Source: Gemmatimonadota bacterium (GTDB taxonomy: Bacteria; Gemmatimonadota; Gemmatimonadetes; Gemmatimonadales; Gemmatimonadaceae). From it: a stretch of DNA of 26,232 nt. The notes under the pieces were generated by a model. It saw only the letters and a program-made list of their open reading frames with translations, was not told the origin of the DNA and made no database searches. Of this stretch, positions 17,687 to 26,232 are shown in pieces; position 1 is the stretch's first letter, and each line of letters starts with the position of its first letter. The position numbers and the translations under genes are program-made. The DNA is taken from assembly GCA_031372565.1 (NCBI GenBank), contig JANMLN010000179.1, positions 1 to 26,232 on the forward strand. The letters run 5' to 3'.

Positions 17687-20600
17687 TCGGCGCGCTCGCG
17701 GTGGTCGCCCTCCTCCAGGGAGGCGCGACCACCCCGCCAAGCCGCGACACGGTCGGCTATTGGCAGCAGCAGGCGGACTATCGCATCACCGCCGTGCTGG
17801 ATGAGGGAGCGGAGCGCGTACGCGCCCGCGGCACGCTCCGCTACGTCAACCGCTCCCCGGACACGCTCCGCGTGCTCTGGGTCCATCAATACCTGAACGC
17901 CTTTCGCCCGGGGTCGCGCTGGAGCGCGGCCGATGCGCGCGAAGGGCGCGTCCGTTTCCAGCAGCTGGCCGAGCGCGATCAGGGGTTCGAGCGGTTCACG
18001 GCGCCGCCGCGCGTGCGGGGGGTGCCGGTGCGCGTCGAGTATCCGTACGCCCCCGACAGCACCGTGGCGCGACTGGTGCTGCCGACGCCGATAGCACCGC
18101 ACGACACCGTCTTTGCGGAGTTCGCCTGGGAGGCGCGGCCAAGCACCGTGCCGCGGCGGCAAGCCCGGCGTGCGCGCACGTACGACCTGGCGCAGTGGTT
18201 CCCCAAGGTGGCGGTGTACGACCGGCGCGGCTGGCAACAGAATCCGCTGGTCCCGGCAGGCGAGATGTACGGGGAGTTCGGCACCTTCGACGTCACGCTG
18301 ACGGTGCGCGACGACCAGGTGCTCGGCGCGACCGGCGTCGTGATGACGGGCGACCCCGGCTGGGCGCGCGTGGCACAGCATGGTCGCGTGCCACCCGCGG
18401 TCAGTGTCGCGTACGAGGGCGACCGGCCGGATGCGTGGCTCGACGCGCCCGATTCCTCGGCCACGCCAGCGACCACGCCCGTAGGCTATCGCGCCGTGCG
18501 CTGGCGTGCGCGTTCGGTGCATCACTTCGCCTGGGCGGCGAGCCCCGACTTTCTCTACGAAGGCGGTGCGTGGGTGCGACCGACCGGCGCACCGCGCATG
18601 CCGTTCCGTACGTGGGACACCGTTGCCGTGCACGTCCTGTACAAGGCGGCAGATGCGCGGAGTTGGGGGCAGGGGCTCGCCCTCGAGCGCACACGCGCGG
18701 CGTTGGCCTGGCTCGAGCAGGTCTACGGCCCGTATGGCTGGCCGCAGCTGAGCAACGTGCGGCGGCTCGACGGCAGCGGCACCGAGTTTCCGATGATGAT
18801 GATGAACGGCTCGAGTGACGAGGAGCTGATTCTCCACGAAGGCGGGCACATGTTCACGTACGGCATCCTCGCAAACAACGAGTGGCGCTCGGCGTGGATG
18901 GACGAGGGGCTCACGAGTTATCAGACCGCATGGGCGCTCGGTCAGGTGCCGCAGGCGCGTGCGCAAGCGCCGACGGCGAGCGCGGCGTCAGCGAGCGCGG
19001 CGTCGCGCGTGGGCTATCGTGCGCGCGCCATCGTGCTTTCGGATGAGGATGCGCTGGCGGTGGATGCGGCGCGGCTCGAAGCGGAAGAGCGCGCCCAGCC
19101 GATCGGCGTCACCGCGCACGACTTCCGCGAGTTTGCCTTGTACAACGAGATGGCCTACACGCGCGCCAGCGACATGTACGGTGCGCTGCGCGACGTGTTG
19201 GGGGACTCCGCGTTCCGCCGGTTCCTGCGGGGCTACTACGCCCGGTGGGGAATGCGCCATGTCGACGAGGAGGCGATGCGCGCTGAAGCGGAGCGCGCGT
19301 GGGGCGGTCGCGATCTCGGCTGGTTCTTCGGGCAGTGGGTGCACCGCACGGGTCTGGTCGATTACAGCGCCGAGCGCGCCGAGAAGCGCAAGCGCAGCGA
19401 TGGCTGGGAGACGGACGTCACGGTGCGACGGGTGGGCACGTACCAGCACCCGGTCCGCATCGGAGTACGGACCGATAGCGGATGGGTGGTCGTGCCGCTT
19501 CCGGATGGCACGGCGACCAAGCAGCTGGTGACGATTCCGACGACGCTCGAACCGCGTGCGGTGCAGCTCGATCCGTTTCGCACGAGCGGCGACTGGCGCG
19601 CCGAGAACGATGTCGTGGGGTTCGGCGATGCGTGGCGGCCGTCGCTCGACCGATGGAACTGGGACTGGCCCCTGCTCGATCAGGCGACGCGCGGTGGCAC
19701 GCTGCACCTGCATCGGCCGGTGGTCTGGTACACTGCGCACGGCAGTGCGACGGTCGGCTGGTCGGTGCGCGAGTCGACGGATGGCTGGTTGTCGCGCGTG
19801 CGCTGGGGCGTGGCCACGCCGACGCGGGCGCGGACGGCAACGGTGACGCCGTTCGCGCGGGCCGACACGCTGGGGCGGATGGCCGAGTGGCAGCCGTCGC
19901 TCTGGTTCGAATGGGAGGATCCGTACGTGGGCGGCACCGTGCGCAGTGGATCGCGCGCGGGGCTCGCGTTCCGTGACGGCATCGCGCGGGCGCACGTGGG
20001 GACGAGCTGGGAGCTGAGTCCATTCACCTTCGCGGCGGGGGCACGCCGCCAGCTGGATCTGGACCTGGTCGCGTGGTCGGCCCGGGGGCTCGCATACATC
20101 GATCCGGCGCGATGGACCGGGTCCGATGCGATGGAGCTGTCCGCACGGTACGATGCCCGTGCGACCGACCCCCGCGCACTGCGCTGGAGCGTGCACGCGG
20201 CCGTGGGCGCGCAGCGCGCGGCGGCTGCGTATGCCCGCATGGAGGTGCAGGCGTCGCGTGGCGTGGCGTGGCGCGACGGGGCACAGGAGAGCTGGGCACG
20301 GACGTATGTCGGATGGACCAGCCGAGCGGTGCCACGCGAGCGTCAGGTGTGGACGTCGACCGTGTCGCCGCTGGAGGCCTACGAACTGGACTGGTACCGG
20401 GGGGCCGGAGCGCCGCTGGCACGCCGCGACGTCCCCTTCGTGCCGCTGGGCGGGGCGGCGCTTCGCGGCTACGAACGGCTGCCGGTCGGCGCGGTGGCCA
20501 GCGCGACGCTGGAACACGATGTGCGCGTCGCGACGGTCGGGATTGCGCAGCCGCTCGTCATCAGCGCGAGTATATTCGCGGAGGGTGGGGTCATCCTGCG

Positions 20601-20802
20601 CGACGGAAGTTTTGCGGCCGGCACCACCCTGGGCGATGCGGGCGTCGGGCTCGTGTCGCGTGGCCATCTGTTCGACCGACTCGTGCAGGTGCGCGTGGAC
20701 TTTCCCGTGTTCGTGACGCGGCCGACCCGTGCGGTGGGGACATCGCCGGGCGCGGATCGCGTGGCGCTTCGTTGCACCTTCTCCTTCTCAGACCTCTGGT
20801 AA
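17683..20802 (+). CDS. M1-family zinc aminopeptidase with a C-terminal Omp85/BamA-like beta-barrel region
   Basis: YWQQQADYRI, QWFPKVAVYD, GTEFP (GxMEN-like) and HEGGH-x18-E (WMDEG). The C-terminus has amphipathic strands, GGAALRGY, DAGVGL...VRVDFP and ends in Trp. Confidence 0.85.
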   Translation: MIGALAVVALLQGGATTPPSRDTVGYWQQQADYRITAVLDEGAERVRARGTLRYVNRSPDTLRVLWVHQYLNAFRPGSRWSAADAREGRVRFQQLAERDQGFERFTAPPRVRGVPVRVEYPYAPDSTVARLVLPTPIAPHDTVFAEFAWEARPSTVPRRQARRARTYDLAQWFPKVAVYDRRGWQQNPLVPAGEMYGEFGTFDVTLTVRDDQVLGATGVVMTGDPGWARVAQHGRVPPAVSVAYEGDRPDAWLDAPDSSATPATTPVGYRAVRWRARSVHHFAWAASPDFLYEGGAWVRPTGAPRMPFRTWDTVAVHVLYKAADARSWGQGLALERTRAALAWLEQVYGPYGWPQLSNVRRLDGSGTEFPMMMMNGSSDEELILHEGGHMFTYGILANNEWRSAWMDEGLTSYQTAWALGQVPQARAQAPTASAASASAASRVGYRARAIVLSDEDALAVDAARLEAEERAQPIGVTAHDFREFALYNEMAYTRASDMYGALRDVLGDSAFRRFLRGYYARWGMRHVDEEAMRAEAERAWGGRDLGWFFGQWVHRTGLVDYSAERAEKRKRSDGWETDVTVRRVGTYQHPVRIGVRTDSGWVVVPLPDGTATKQLVTIPTTLEPRAVQLDPFRTSGDWRAENDVVGFGDAWRPSLDRWNWDWPLLDQATRGGTLHLHRPVVWYTAHGSATVGWSVRESTDGWLSRVRWGVATPTRARTATVTPFARADTLGRMAEWQPSLWFEWEDPYVGGTVRSGSRAGLAFRDGIARAHVGTSWELSPFTFAAGARRQLDLDLVAWSARGLAYIDPARWTGSDAMELSARYDARATDPRALRWSVHAAVGAQRAAAAYARMEVQASRGVAWRDGAQESWARTYVGWTSRAVPRERQVWTSTVSPLEAYELDWYRGAGAPLARRDVPFVPLGGAALRGYERLPVGAVASATLEHDVRVATVGIAQPLVISASIFAEGGVILRDGSFAAGTTLGDAGVGLVSRGHLFDRLVQVRVDFPVFVTRPTRAVGTSPGADRVALRCTFSFSDLW

Positions 20803-20807
20803 CGCTC

Positions 20808-21206
20808 GTGACGCATGTATCAAAGCCCCAGGAGGGCGCCGGCCGTTCCGACATCACCATCGTGCAGAAGCCGTGGGGGCACGAGGTGATCTGGGCGCAC
20901 ACCGGCCTGTATGTGGGCAAGGTGCTCCACATCAAGGCGGGACAGGCACTCTCCGTGCAGTATCATGATTTCAAGGACGAGACGATCCACCTGCTGTCCG
21001 GGGAGATGATCTATCGGGTGCAGGTGGACGGGCAGCTGGTCGACCAGCGACTCAAGGCGGGGGAGTCGTATCGGAACACGCCGGGGGTGATTCACCAGAT
21101 GGAGGCGGTCACCGATTGCCAGGTGCTCGAGGCGTCGACCCCGCATCTGGACGATGTCGTTCGTCTCACCGATCGCTACGGCCGCGAGGGTACGAGCGCC
21201 GCATGA
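20808..21206 (+). CDS. Cupin-domain protein (mannose-6-phosphate isomerase C-terminal-like)
   Basis: KPWGHE, LSVQYH..KDETI, PGVIHQM and EASTP..DDVVRL.DRYGR. Confidence 0.85.
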   Translation: MTHVSKPQEGAGRSDITIVQKPWGHEVIWAHTGLYVGKVLHIKAGQALSVQYHDFKDETIHLLSGEMIYRVQVDGQLVDQRLKAGESYRNTPGVIHQMEAVTDCQVLEASTPHLDDVVRLTDRYGREGTSAA

Positions 21207-22201
21207 AGGTGATCATCCCGCTCGCGGGGAAGGGAACGCGCCTTCGTCCGCACACGCACGTCACGCCGAAGCCGATGCTGAAGGTGGCGGGGAAACCCGT
21301 CATGGACTACGTGCTGGATGACGTGCGGAAGTTGGGCGGCGTGGAGCAGGTCGTGTACGTGACGGGGCACCTGAAGGATGTGGTGGAGCGCCATGCGCGC
21401 GAGGCCTACGCCGACCTGCCGAGCGTGTTCGTGGAGCAGCGTGTGCAGGACGGCACGGCCGGCGCGGTGCAACTCGCGGCGCCGTATGTCGACGGCCCGG
21501 TCCTGATCATCTTCGTCGACACCATCTTCGACGCCGACCTGTCGGTCATCCACACGACGGATGCCGACGGGATCATCTGGACGCAGGAGGTGGAGGACTA
21601 CCAGCGGTTCGGCGTGGTCGTCACCGATGCCGACGGGTACATGACCCGAATCGTCGAGAAGCCGAAGACGCCGGTGAGCAAGCGGGCGAACATCGGGCTG
21701 TACTACATCCGCAACTGGCAGCTCCTGTTCGAGGGGATCCGTCATGTGCTCGCGAGCCAGAAGAACGGCGGTGAGTGGTATCTCACCGATGCGTTCCAGT
21801 ACATGATCGAACACGGCGCGCGCATCAAGGTGCTCGACGTGGCCGCGTGGTACGACGCGGGGAAGCTCGATACGCTGCTCGAGACCAACCGCGCGGTGCT
21901 CGAGAAGGGGCGTGCACGGCGGCCCGTGTTCGGTAGTGACGTGACGATCATCGAGCCGGTGTACATCGAGGATGGCGTGACCGTGCGTGACGCGACGATC
22001 GGGCCCAACGTGTCGATCGGCACCGGGAGCGTGGTCGAGCGATCGTCGGTGCGGGACACGATCGTGGGGAGCCGGAGCCGCGTCATCTCGTCGACGCTCT
22101 CGCAGTCGCTCGTGGGCGACGACACCCTGGTCGAAGGGGTCCACGGCGAGCTGACCATCGGCGATCACTCAGAGGTGCGCGTCCCCACCCCGTCGTCCTG
22201 A
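21203..22201 (+). CDS. Sugar-phosphate nucleotidyltransferase (NDP-sugar synthase) with C-terminal LbH domain
   Basis: IIPLAGKGTRLRPHT...PKPML, EKP, EWYLTDA, WYDAG and hexapeptide repeats (IGPNVSIG). Confidence 0.92.
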   Translation: MKVIIPLAGKGTRLRPHTHVTPKPMLKVAGKPVMDYVLDDVRKLGGVEQVVYVTGHLKDVVERHAREAYADLPSVFVEQRVQDGTAGAVQLAAPYVDGPVLIIFVDTIFDADLSVIHTTDADGIIWTQEVEDYQRFGVVVTDADGYMTRIVEKPKTPVSKRANIGLYYIRNWQLLFEGIRHVLASQKNGGEWYLTDAFQYMIEHGARIKVLDVAAWYDAGKLDTLLETNRAVLEKGRARRPVFGSDVTIIEPVYIEDGVTVRDATIGPNVSIGTGSVVERSSVRDTIVGSRSRVISSTLSQSLVGDDTLVEGVHGELTIGDHSEVRVPTPSS

Positions 22202-22217
22202 GCAAAGCGAAGGACCT
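22192..22217. repeat. Single copy of a REP-like dispersed palindromic element
   Basis: GTCGTCCTGAGCAAAGCGAAGGACCT resembles the widespread GTCATCCTGAGCGAAGCGAAGGATCT repeat unit (recalled, not searched). The reverse frame reads VLRFAQDD. Confidence 0.6.
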
Positions 22218-22226
22218 GCTTTTCTC

Positions 22227-22613
22227 CTACCCCCGCACCACCCCCCGATACACCCACCGCCCAATCACCCACTGCAACGGCAGCCGCAGCACGAGCATCG
22301 TGATCGACACCGCCGACGCCTGCGCATCGATCGCGTTCAGCAGCATCTGCACATTGGCCGGAAAGACGGCGACGAGCAACGCGAGGAGCCCCCACCCGGC
22401 CATCACGCGCGTGCGATCGATCAACACGCCGAGTCCAAGCACAATCTCGGCAACGCCGCTCACCTGGACCAACAGCGCGTGCGCGGGCAGCCACGGCGGC
22501 ATCATCGCCAGGTAGAACGGGGCGATGACGAAGTGCAGGACGCCGGCGAGCACGAACACGACGGCGACGATGAGTCGGGCGCGCGCGTGGCCGCGGCTGG
22601 GGAGGTCAGTCAT
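22227..22613 (-). CDS. DoxX-family membrane protein
   Basis: AGVLHF...MMPPWLP...SGVAEI...LVAVFPANV...RLPLQ. Confidence 0.85.
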   Translation of the reverse strand: MTDLPSRGHARARLIVAVVFVLAGVLHFVIAPFYLAMMPPWLPAHALLVQVSGVAEIVLGLGVLIDRTRVMAGWGLLALLVAVFPANVQMLLNAIDAQASAVSITMLVLRLPLQWVIGRWVYRGVVRG

Positions 22614-22667
22614 GCGCGAAGCTTACACCACGTGCGGCGCTCCCGAACGTGACCAGCTGGCGCGCGA

Positions 22668-23867
22668 TCAGCCGAGCCCGGCTGTCGCCGCAACGATCGT
22701 GAGCGCCCGCACCAGTCCGCGCGCGCTGCCGCGGTCGTCGTACCACTCGTCCGTGGTGTGCGCGGCGCCCGCGCTTCCCCCGGCGCCAATGGTGATGGCG
22801 GGAATGCCGCGTGCAATCGGGATGCTCGCGTCGGTACTCGCGACCTCCAGTGCGGGGGTGCCTCCGGTCAGGCGCGTGGCGCTCACCGCCGCGCGAACCA
22901 GGGGATGGTCGACGGCGAGTTCGCCGCACGGGCGCGCGCCGATCGTGGACACGGTCACCACGAGCGGCGGCGCATCGCGCCGCGATCGCGCATTCTCGTC
23001 GGCCGTTGCCGTCGCGGCCGCGCGTTCGACCTCGCGCGCGAGGCGGTCGAGTGCGGCCGCGCTCGTCGAGCGACAGTCGACCTCGAGCCACGCGTCCGCC
23101 GGAATCGCGTTGATGGCGTGGCCGCCTGCCATGCGAGTCACCGAGAGCGTCGCGTGGGCCGACCGCGGCATCGACAACGAGGCGAGCCGGGCGGCGCATC
23201 CCGCGGCCGCGTGGAGTGCGTTGGCGGTGCCGAACGCGCTCCATGAGTGACCGCCTGCCCCCTGCCAGTGGACGCGCAGCCGCCGCACCCCCAGCGCCCG
23301 ATGCACGATCGCTTCGTCGCCCGCGCCATCGATCATCACGGCCGCCGCCACATGCGTGCCCAGTTCGTCGAACAGCGCCTTGGCACCTCGCAAGTCGCCG
23401 GCCCCTTCCTCACCCGTCGTCGCCGCGAAGAGCAGTGGCCGACGGGTGCGCACGAGCGTGCCGTTGCACGCCGCTGCCAGTGCAACCAACGCCGCCAGAC
23501 CGCGCGCATTGTCGGCGATCCCCGGCGCCACGTAGCGCAGGCCGTCGCGCTGAACGGCGAGCGATGTGGTGGCATCGAACACCGTGTCCAGATGCGCGCC
23601 GATCACCACGGGCGCCAGGCCGCGCTCGCCCGGACGTTCACCACGCACATTACCGGCCGCATCCACGATCACGTGCTCCATGCCCAGCGCGCGGAACCGA
23701 TCGGCGACCCAGGCGGCCCGCGCTCCCTCGAGCCCCGTCGGTGCCGGGATCGCGTGCACCTCGAGCTGATCGAGCAGCACGAGCGGGGCCCGCGCGCCGA
23801 GCGCCGCGTGGGCCGTGGCGAGCGCTCCATGGATGAGACGCGTGGCGTCGTGCGTGGGCGGGAGCAT
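22668..23867 (-). CDS. M20/M25/M40-family metallohydrolase
   Basis: AHLDTV, GIADNARG, GEEG, GGHSW, NAIP, STDA and AHTTDEW. Start at ATG 23867 is inferred. Confidence 0.9.
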   Translation of the reverse strand: MLPPTHDATRLIHGALATAHAALGARAPLVLLDQLEVHAIPAPTGLEGARAAWVADRFRALGMEHVIVDAAGNVRGERPGERGLAPVVIGAHLDTVFDATTSLAVQRDGLRYVAPGIADNARGLAALVALAAACNGTLVRTRRPLLFAATTGEEGAGDLRGAKALFDELGTHVAAAVMIDGAGDEAIVHRALGVRRLRVHWQGAGGHSWSAFGTANALHAAAGCAARLASLSMPRSAHATLSVTRMAGGHAINAIPADAWLEVDCRSTSAAALDRLAREVERAAATATADENARSRRDAPPLVVTVSTIGARPCGELAVDHPLVRAAVSATRLTGGTPALEVASTDASIPIARGIPAITIGAGGSAGAAHTTDEWYDDRGSARGLVRALTIVAATAGLG

Positions 23868-23929
23868 GGTCACGCCGAACGGTCGCTCCGAGGGATGCGC
23901 TGACGCAAGTGAGTCGCGACATTGCGCAG

Positions 23930-25186
23930 ATGTCCGATGCACCTTCGCCCGCTCGGCGCCCGCTCGCACCCACGGTGATTGCGTTGTCGGCGGTGTCGTT
24001 CCTGACGGACGTCTCCGCCGACATGATCTATCCGCTCCTGCCGGGTTTTCTCGCCGGGACGCTCGGCGTCAGCGCCGCCTTTCTCGGTGTGATCGAAGGT
24101 GCCGCCGAGAGCACGGCTGCGCTGCTCAAGCTGGCGAGTGGATGGTGGTCGGATCGGTTGACGCGACGGAAGCCGCTGGTCGTGGCGGGGTATGCGTTGG
24201 CCGCGGCGGTTCGGCCGCTGGTGGCGCTCGCGACAAGCGGTGCGCAGGTGCTGGCGATTCGCGTGGCAGATCGCGTGGGAAAAGGGATTCGCTCGTCGCC
24301 GCGCGATGCGCTGATTGCGGATGCGGTGGACCCGCGGGACCGCGGGCGCGCCTACGGGATGCACCGTGCCGCGGACAACGCCGGCGCCGTGGCGGGGCCG
24401 CTGATCGCGTTTGCCCTGCTGGGTGCGGGCGGCTTGTCGCTGCGCACGGTGTTCGCGATTGCCGCGATTCCCGGAGCGCTTGCCGTGCTGGTGTTGGTGC
24501 TGCGCGTGCGCGACGGAGCGGCTCGCGTGCAGGCACAGCCGCCAGCGCTGGCGGTGGGTCGCGACGAGGAGGCGAGCGACGAACCGCCGCAGCCTGCATT
24601 CGCACCGTCGATCTCGCCGCCTGCGCCGTTCGCCCCCGGCTTTCGCGCAGTGATGGCGGCCGTTCTCGTCTTCACCCTCGGCAATTCGACCGACGCCTTT
24701 CTACTGCTGCGCGCGACGACGGTTGGCGTGACGGTGGCGCAGCTTCCACTCCTCTGGGCCATGTTCAACGGCGTCAAGGCATTGGCCTCGACGCCCGGTG
24801 GTGCGCTCTCGGACCGGATCGGACGACGGCCGGTGGTCCTCGCAGGCTGGATGGTGTACGCGGCCACGTACGCGGGGTTTGCGTTCGCGACGGAGGCGTG
24901 GCAGGTGTGGGCGCTCTTCGCGGCCTACGGCGTGACGTTCGGCCTGAGCGAGGGAACCGAGAAGGCGCTCGTGGCGGACCTGACGCCGGCGTCGCGGCGC
25001 GGCGCGGCCTTCGGGTGGTACAATCTCGTGATCGGCATCGGCGCACTGCCGGCGTCCGTGCTCTTCGGTACGCTCTGGACCACCGCGGGACCCGCGGTCG
25101 CCTTCGCCACCGGTGCCGCTTTTGCGCTCGTGGCAGCGCTCGTGCTCGCCGCCGCGCCGCTCCAGCGTCTATCGCCCAGGACCTGA
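23930..25186 (+). CDS. MFS transporter
   Basis: About 12 TM segments, motif A variants GWWSDRLTRRK and GALSDRIGRR, and DRVGKGIRSSPRDALIAD. Alternative GTG start at 23909. Confidence 0.92.
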   Translation: MSDAPSPARRPLAPTVIALSAVSFLTDVSADMIYPLLPGFLAGTLGVSAAFLGVIEGAAESTAALLKLASGWWSDRLTRRKPLVVAGYALAAAVRPLVALATSGAQVLAIRVADRVGKGIRSSPRDALIADAVDPRDRGRAYGMHRAADNAGAVAGPLIAFALLGAGGLSLRTVFAIAAIPGALAVLVLVLRVRDGAARVQAQPPALAVGRDEEASDEPPQPAFAPSISPPAPFAPGFRAVMAAVLVFTLGNSTDAFLLLRATTVGVTVAQLPLLWAMFNGVKALASTPGGALSDRIGRRPVVLAGWMVYAATYAGFAFATEAWQVWALFAAYGVTFGLSEGTEKALVADLTPASRRGAAFGWYNLVIGIGALPASVLFGTLWTTAGPAVAFATGAAFALVAALVLAAAPLQRLSPRT

Positions 25187-25195
25187 GGATTCCCC

Positions 25196-25882
25196 ATGTG
25201 TGGACGCTACACCCTTCGGCATCCCCTCCGGCTTGATCCCGCGCTCTTCGGCGTCGCGTCGTTTCCGCCGATGCCGCCGCGGTACAACATCGCGCCGGGG
25301 CAGGAGGTGCTGGTGGTGCACGCAGTCGATGGCACGCGCGCCGCGGGTGCGGCACGCTGGGGACTTGTTCCGTCATGGGCCACGGATCCCGCGATCGGAC
25401 ACAAGCTCGCCAATGCGCGTGGCGAGACGGTGGCGGAGAAGCCGAGCTTTCGGTCCGCGTGGAAGATGCGCCGTGCGTTGCTCCCTGCCGACGGCTACTA
25501 CGAGTGGCAGATCTTGCCGGGGGTCAAGGCGAAGCAGCCGTGGTTCATCACGCTGGCCGGCGACACGCCGTTCGCGATGGGCGCCCTGTGGGAGTCATGG
25601 CGTGCGCCGGACGGCACGACGGTCGTGACGACGACCGTCATCACGACGGAGGCGAACGCGGCGACGTCGCACATTCATCACCGGATGCCCGTGATCGTGC
25701 CCCAACGGGAGTGGGCGCGGTGGCTCGGCGCGGAGCATGGAACCGCCGCGCTGTCCGCCGAACTCCTGCGCCCTTGGGAAGGCGACAGCATGCGCACCGT
25801 GCGTGTGAGTCCCTGGGTCAATGCGCCCGCGCACGACGACCCGCGGTGTGTCGAGCCGCTGGACGCCGCCGAAGAGCGGTGA
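25196..25882 (+). CDS. SOS response-associated peptidase (SRAP, YedK/HMCES family)
   Basis: N-terminal MCGRY (catalytic Cys2), RYNIAPGQ, WGLVPSW, NARGE, GYYEW and IHHRMPVI. Confidence 0.95.
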   Translation: MCGRYTLRHPLRLDPALFGVASFPPMPPRYNIAPGQEVLVVHAVDGTRAAGAARWGLVPSWATDPAIGHKLANARGETVAEKPSFRSAWKMRRALLPADGYYEWQILPGVKAKQPWFITLAGDTPFAMGALWESWRAPDGTTVVTTTVITTEANAATSHIHHRMPVIVPQREWARWLGAEHGTAALSAELLRPWEGDSMRTVRVSPWVNAPAHDDPRCVEPLDAAEER

Positions 25883-25889
25883 GTCGCCA

Positions 25890-26092
25890 CTAGTGGTCCG
25901 TATGGGAAATACGTGTAGCGCGCATGCGACGGGTGGTATCGTGGTACCGCCTCACAAAGGGCTGGAGGTTTGGTCGTGGAGGCCAATGCAATGGAGGAGC
26001 TTCATCTTCATAGGGCTGCCCGTCGGCTAGGGCCAGCACCACGCGCATGCGCTTCGCGATCGCTTGGCTCAAGGAGGTGTGGCGCAGCAGGC
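25890..26092 (-). pseudogene. Internally deleted IS630-family transposase remnant with intact right end
   Basis: LLRHTSLSQAIAKRMRVVLALADG resembles the IS630 N-terminal HTH. It is fused to a C-terminal-like QPF..YHDTTRRMRATRISHTDH*, with the stop inside a terminal CACTAG/CTAG. Confidence 0.65.
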
Positions 26093-26232
26093 AGAAGTGG
26101 CCGCACTTTTTCGGACAGTGAAACGGGCTCGGCTATGTAGACCGCGGGGCGGTCAGGCTGCGGCGGCGTGCCGCAGCGCGGTGGAGGTGAAGTATGCCTG
26201 GTCGGGGGTCTGCTCCGCGAGGCTCGAGTGGG
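26093..26232 (-). mobile_element. IS3-family insertion sequence, right end (truncated by window end)
   Basis: Terminal sequence CTGTCCGAAAAAGTGCGGCCACTTCT on the minus strand, downstream of a transposase C-terminus. Confidence 0.8.
26153..26232 (-). CDS. IS3-family transposase OrfB, C-terminal fragment
   Basis: Manual translation (P)HSSLAEQTPDQAYFTSTALRHAAAA* matches the RPHSSL...TP...Y tail of IS3 OrfB. Confidence 0.8.
   Translation of the reverse strand, partial: HSSLAEQTPDQAYFTSTALRHAAAA

Noticed and set aside
18976..19005. 15-nt tandem duplication (ASAAS x2)
   Set aside because: In-frame low-complexity linker in the M1 peptidase with two copies only; not a CRISPR or a functional array.
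26071..26080. Strong SD-like AAGGAGGTG
   Set aside because: No well-spaced start codon follows, and it is antisense to the IS630 remnant codons (HTSL).

Overview
High-GC (about 68-70%) bacterial chromosomal segment; gene content and style suggest Gemmatimonadota (inference). Both ends are insertion sequences: the left end of an ISL3 element (1-277), and an internally deleted IS630 remnant abutting the right end of an IS3 element (25890-26232). Housekeeping genes in between encode a GT2 glycosyltransferase, Bcp, a DUF3592-like protein, GcvT, a MogA/MoaB protein, MoxR, a BsuPI-domain lipoprotein, a partial ATP synthase cluster (atpZ/I-B-E-F-H, no F1 alpha/gamma/beta/epsilon) running into an M1 peptidase with an Omp85-like C-terminus, a cupin, an NDP-sugar nucleotidyltransferase, DoxX, an M20 hydrolase, an MFS transporter and a SRAP protein. 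The most interesting part is a signalling locus at 4837-12200. It contains a sigma-54 activator with a pseudo-receiver domain, a stand-alone LeuA-regulatory-like protein, a structured leader, an unannotated 23-aa peptide with a very strong RBS, a multi-TM HD-GYP phosphodiesterase and a convergent SARP/BTAD-STAND regulator. A lower-GC block (about 7300-10330) covers the peptide, the HD-GYP gene and only the C-terminal sensor third of the STAND gene. This suggests an exchangeable peptide/receptor specificity cassette (hypothesis). All family calls come from motif recognition by eye; no searches were run.
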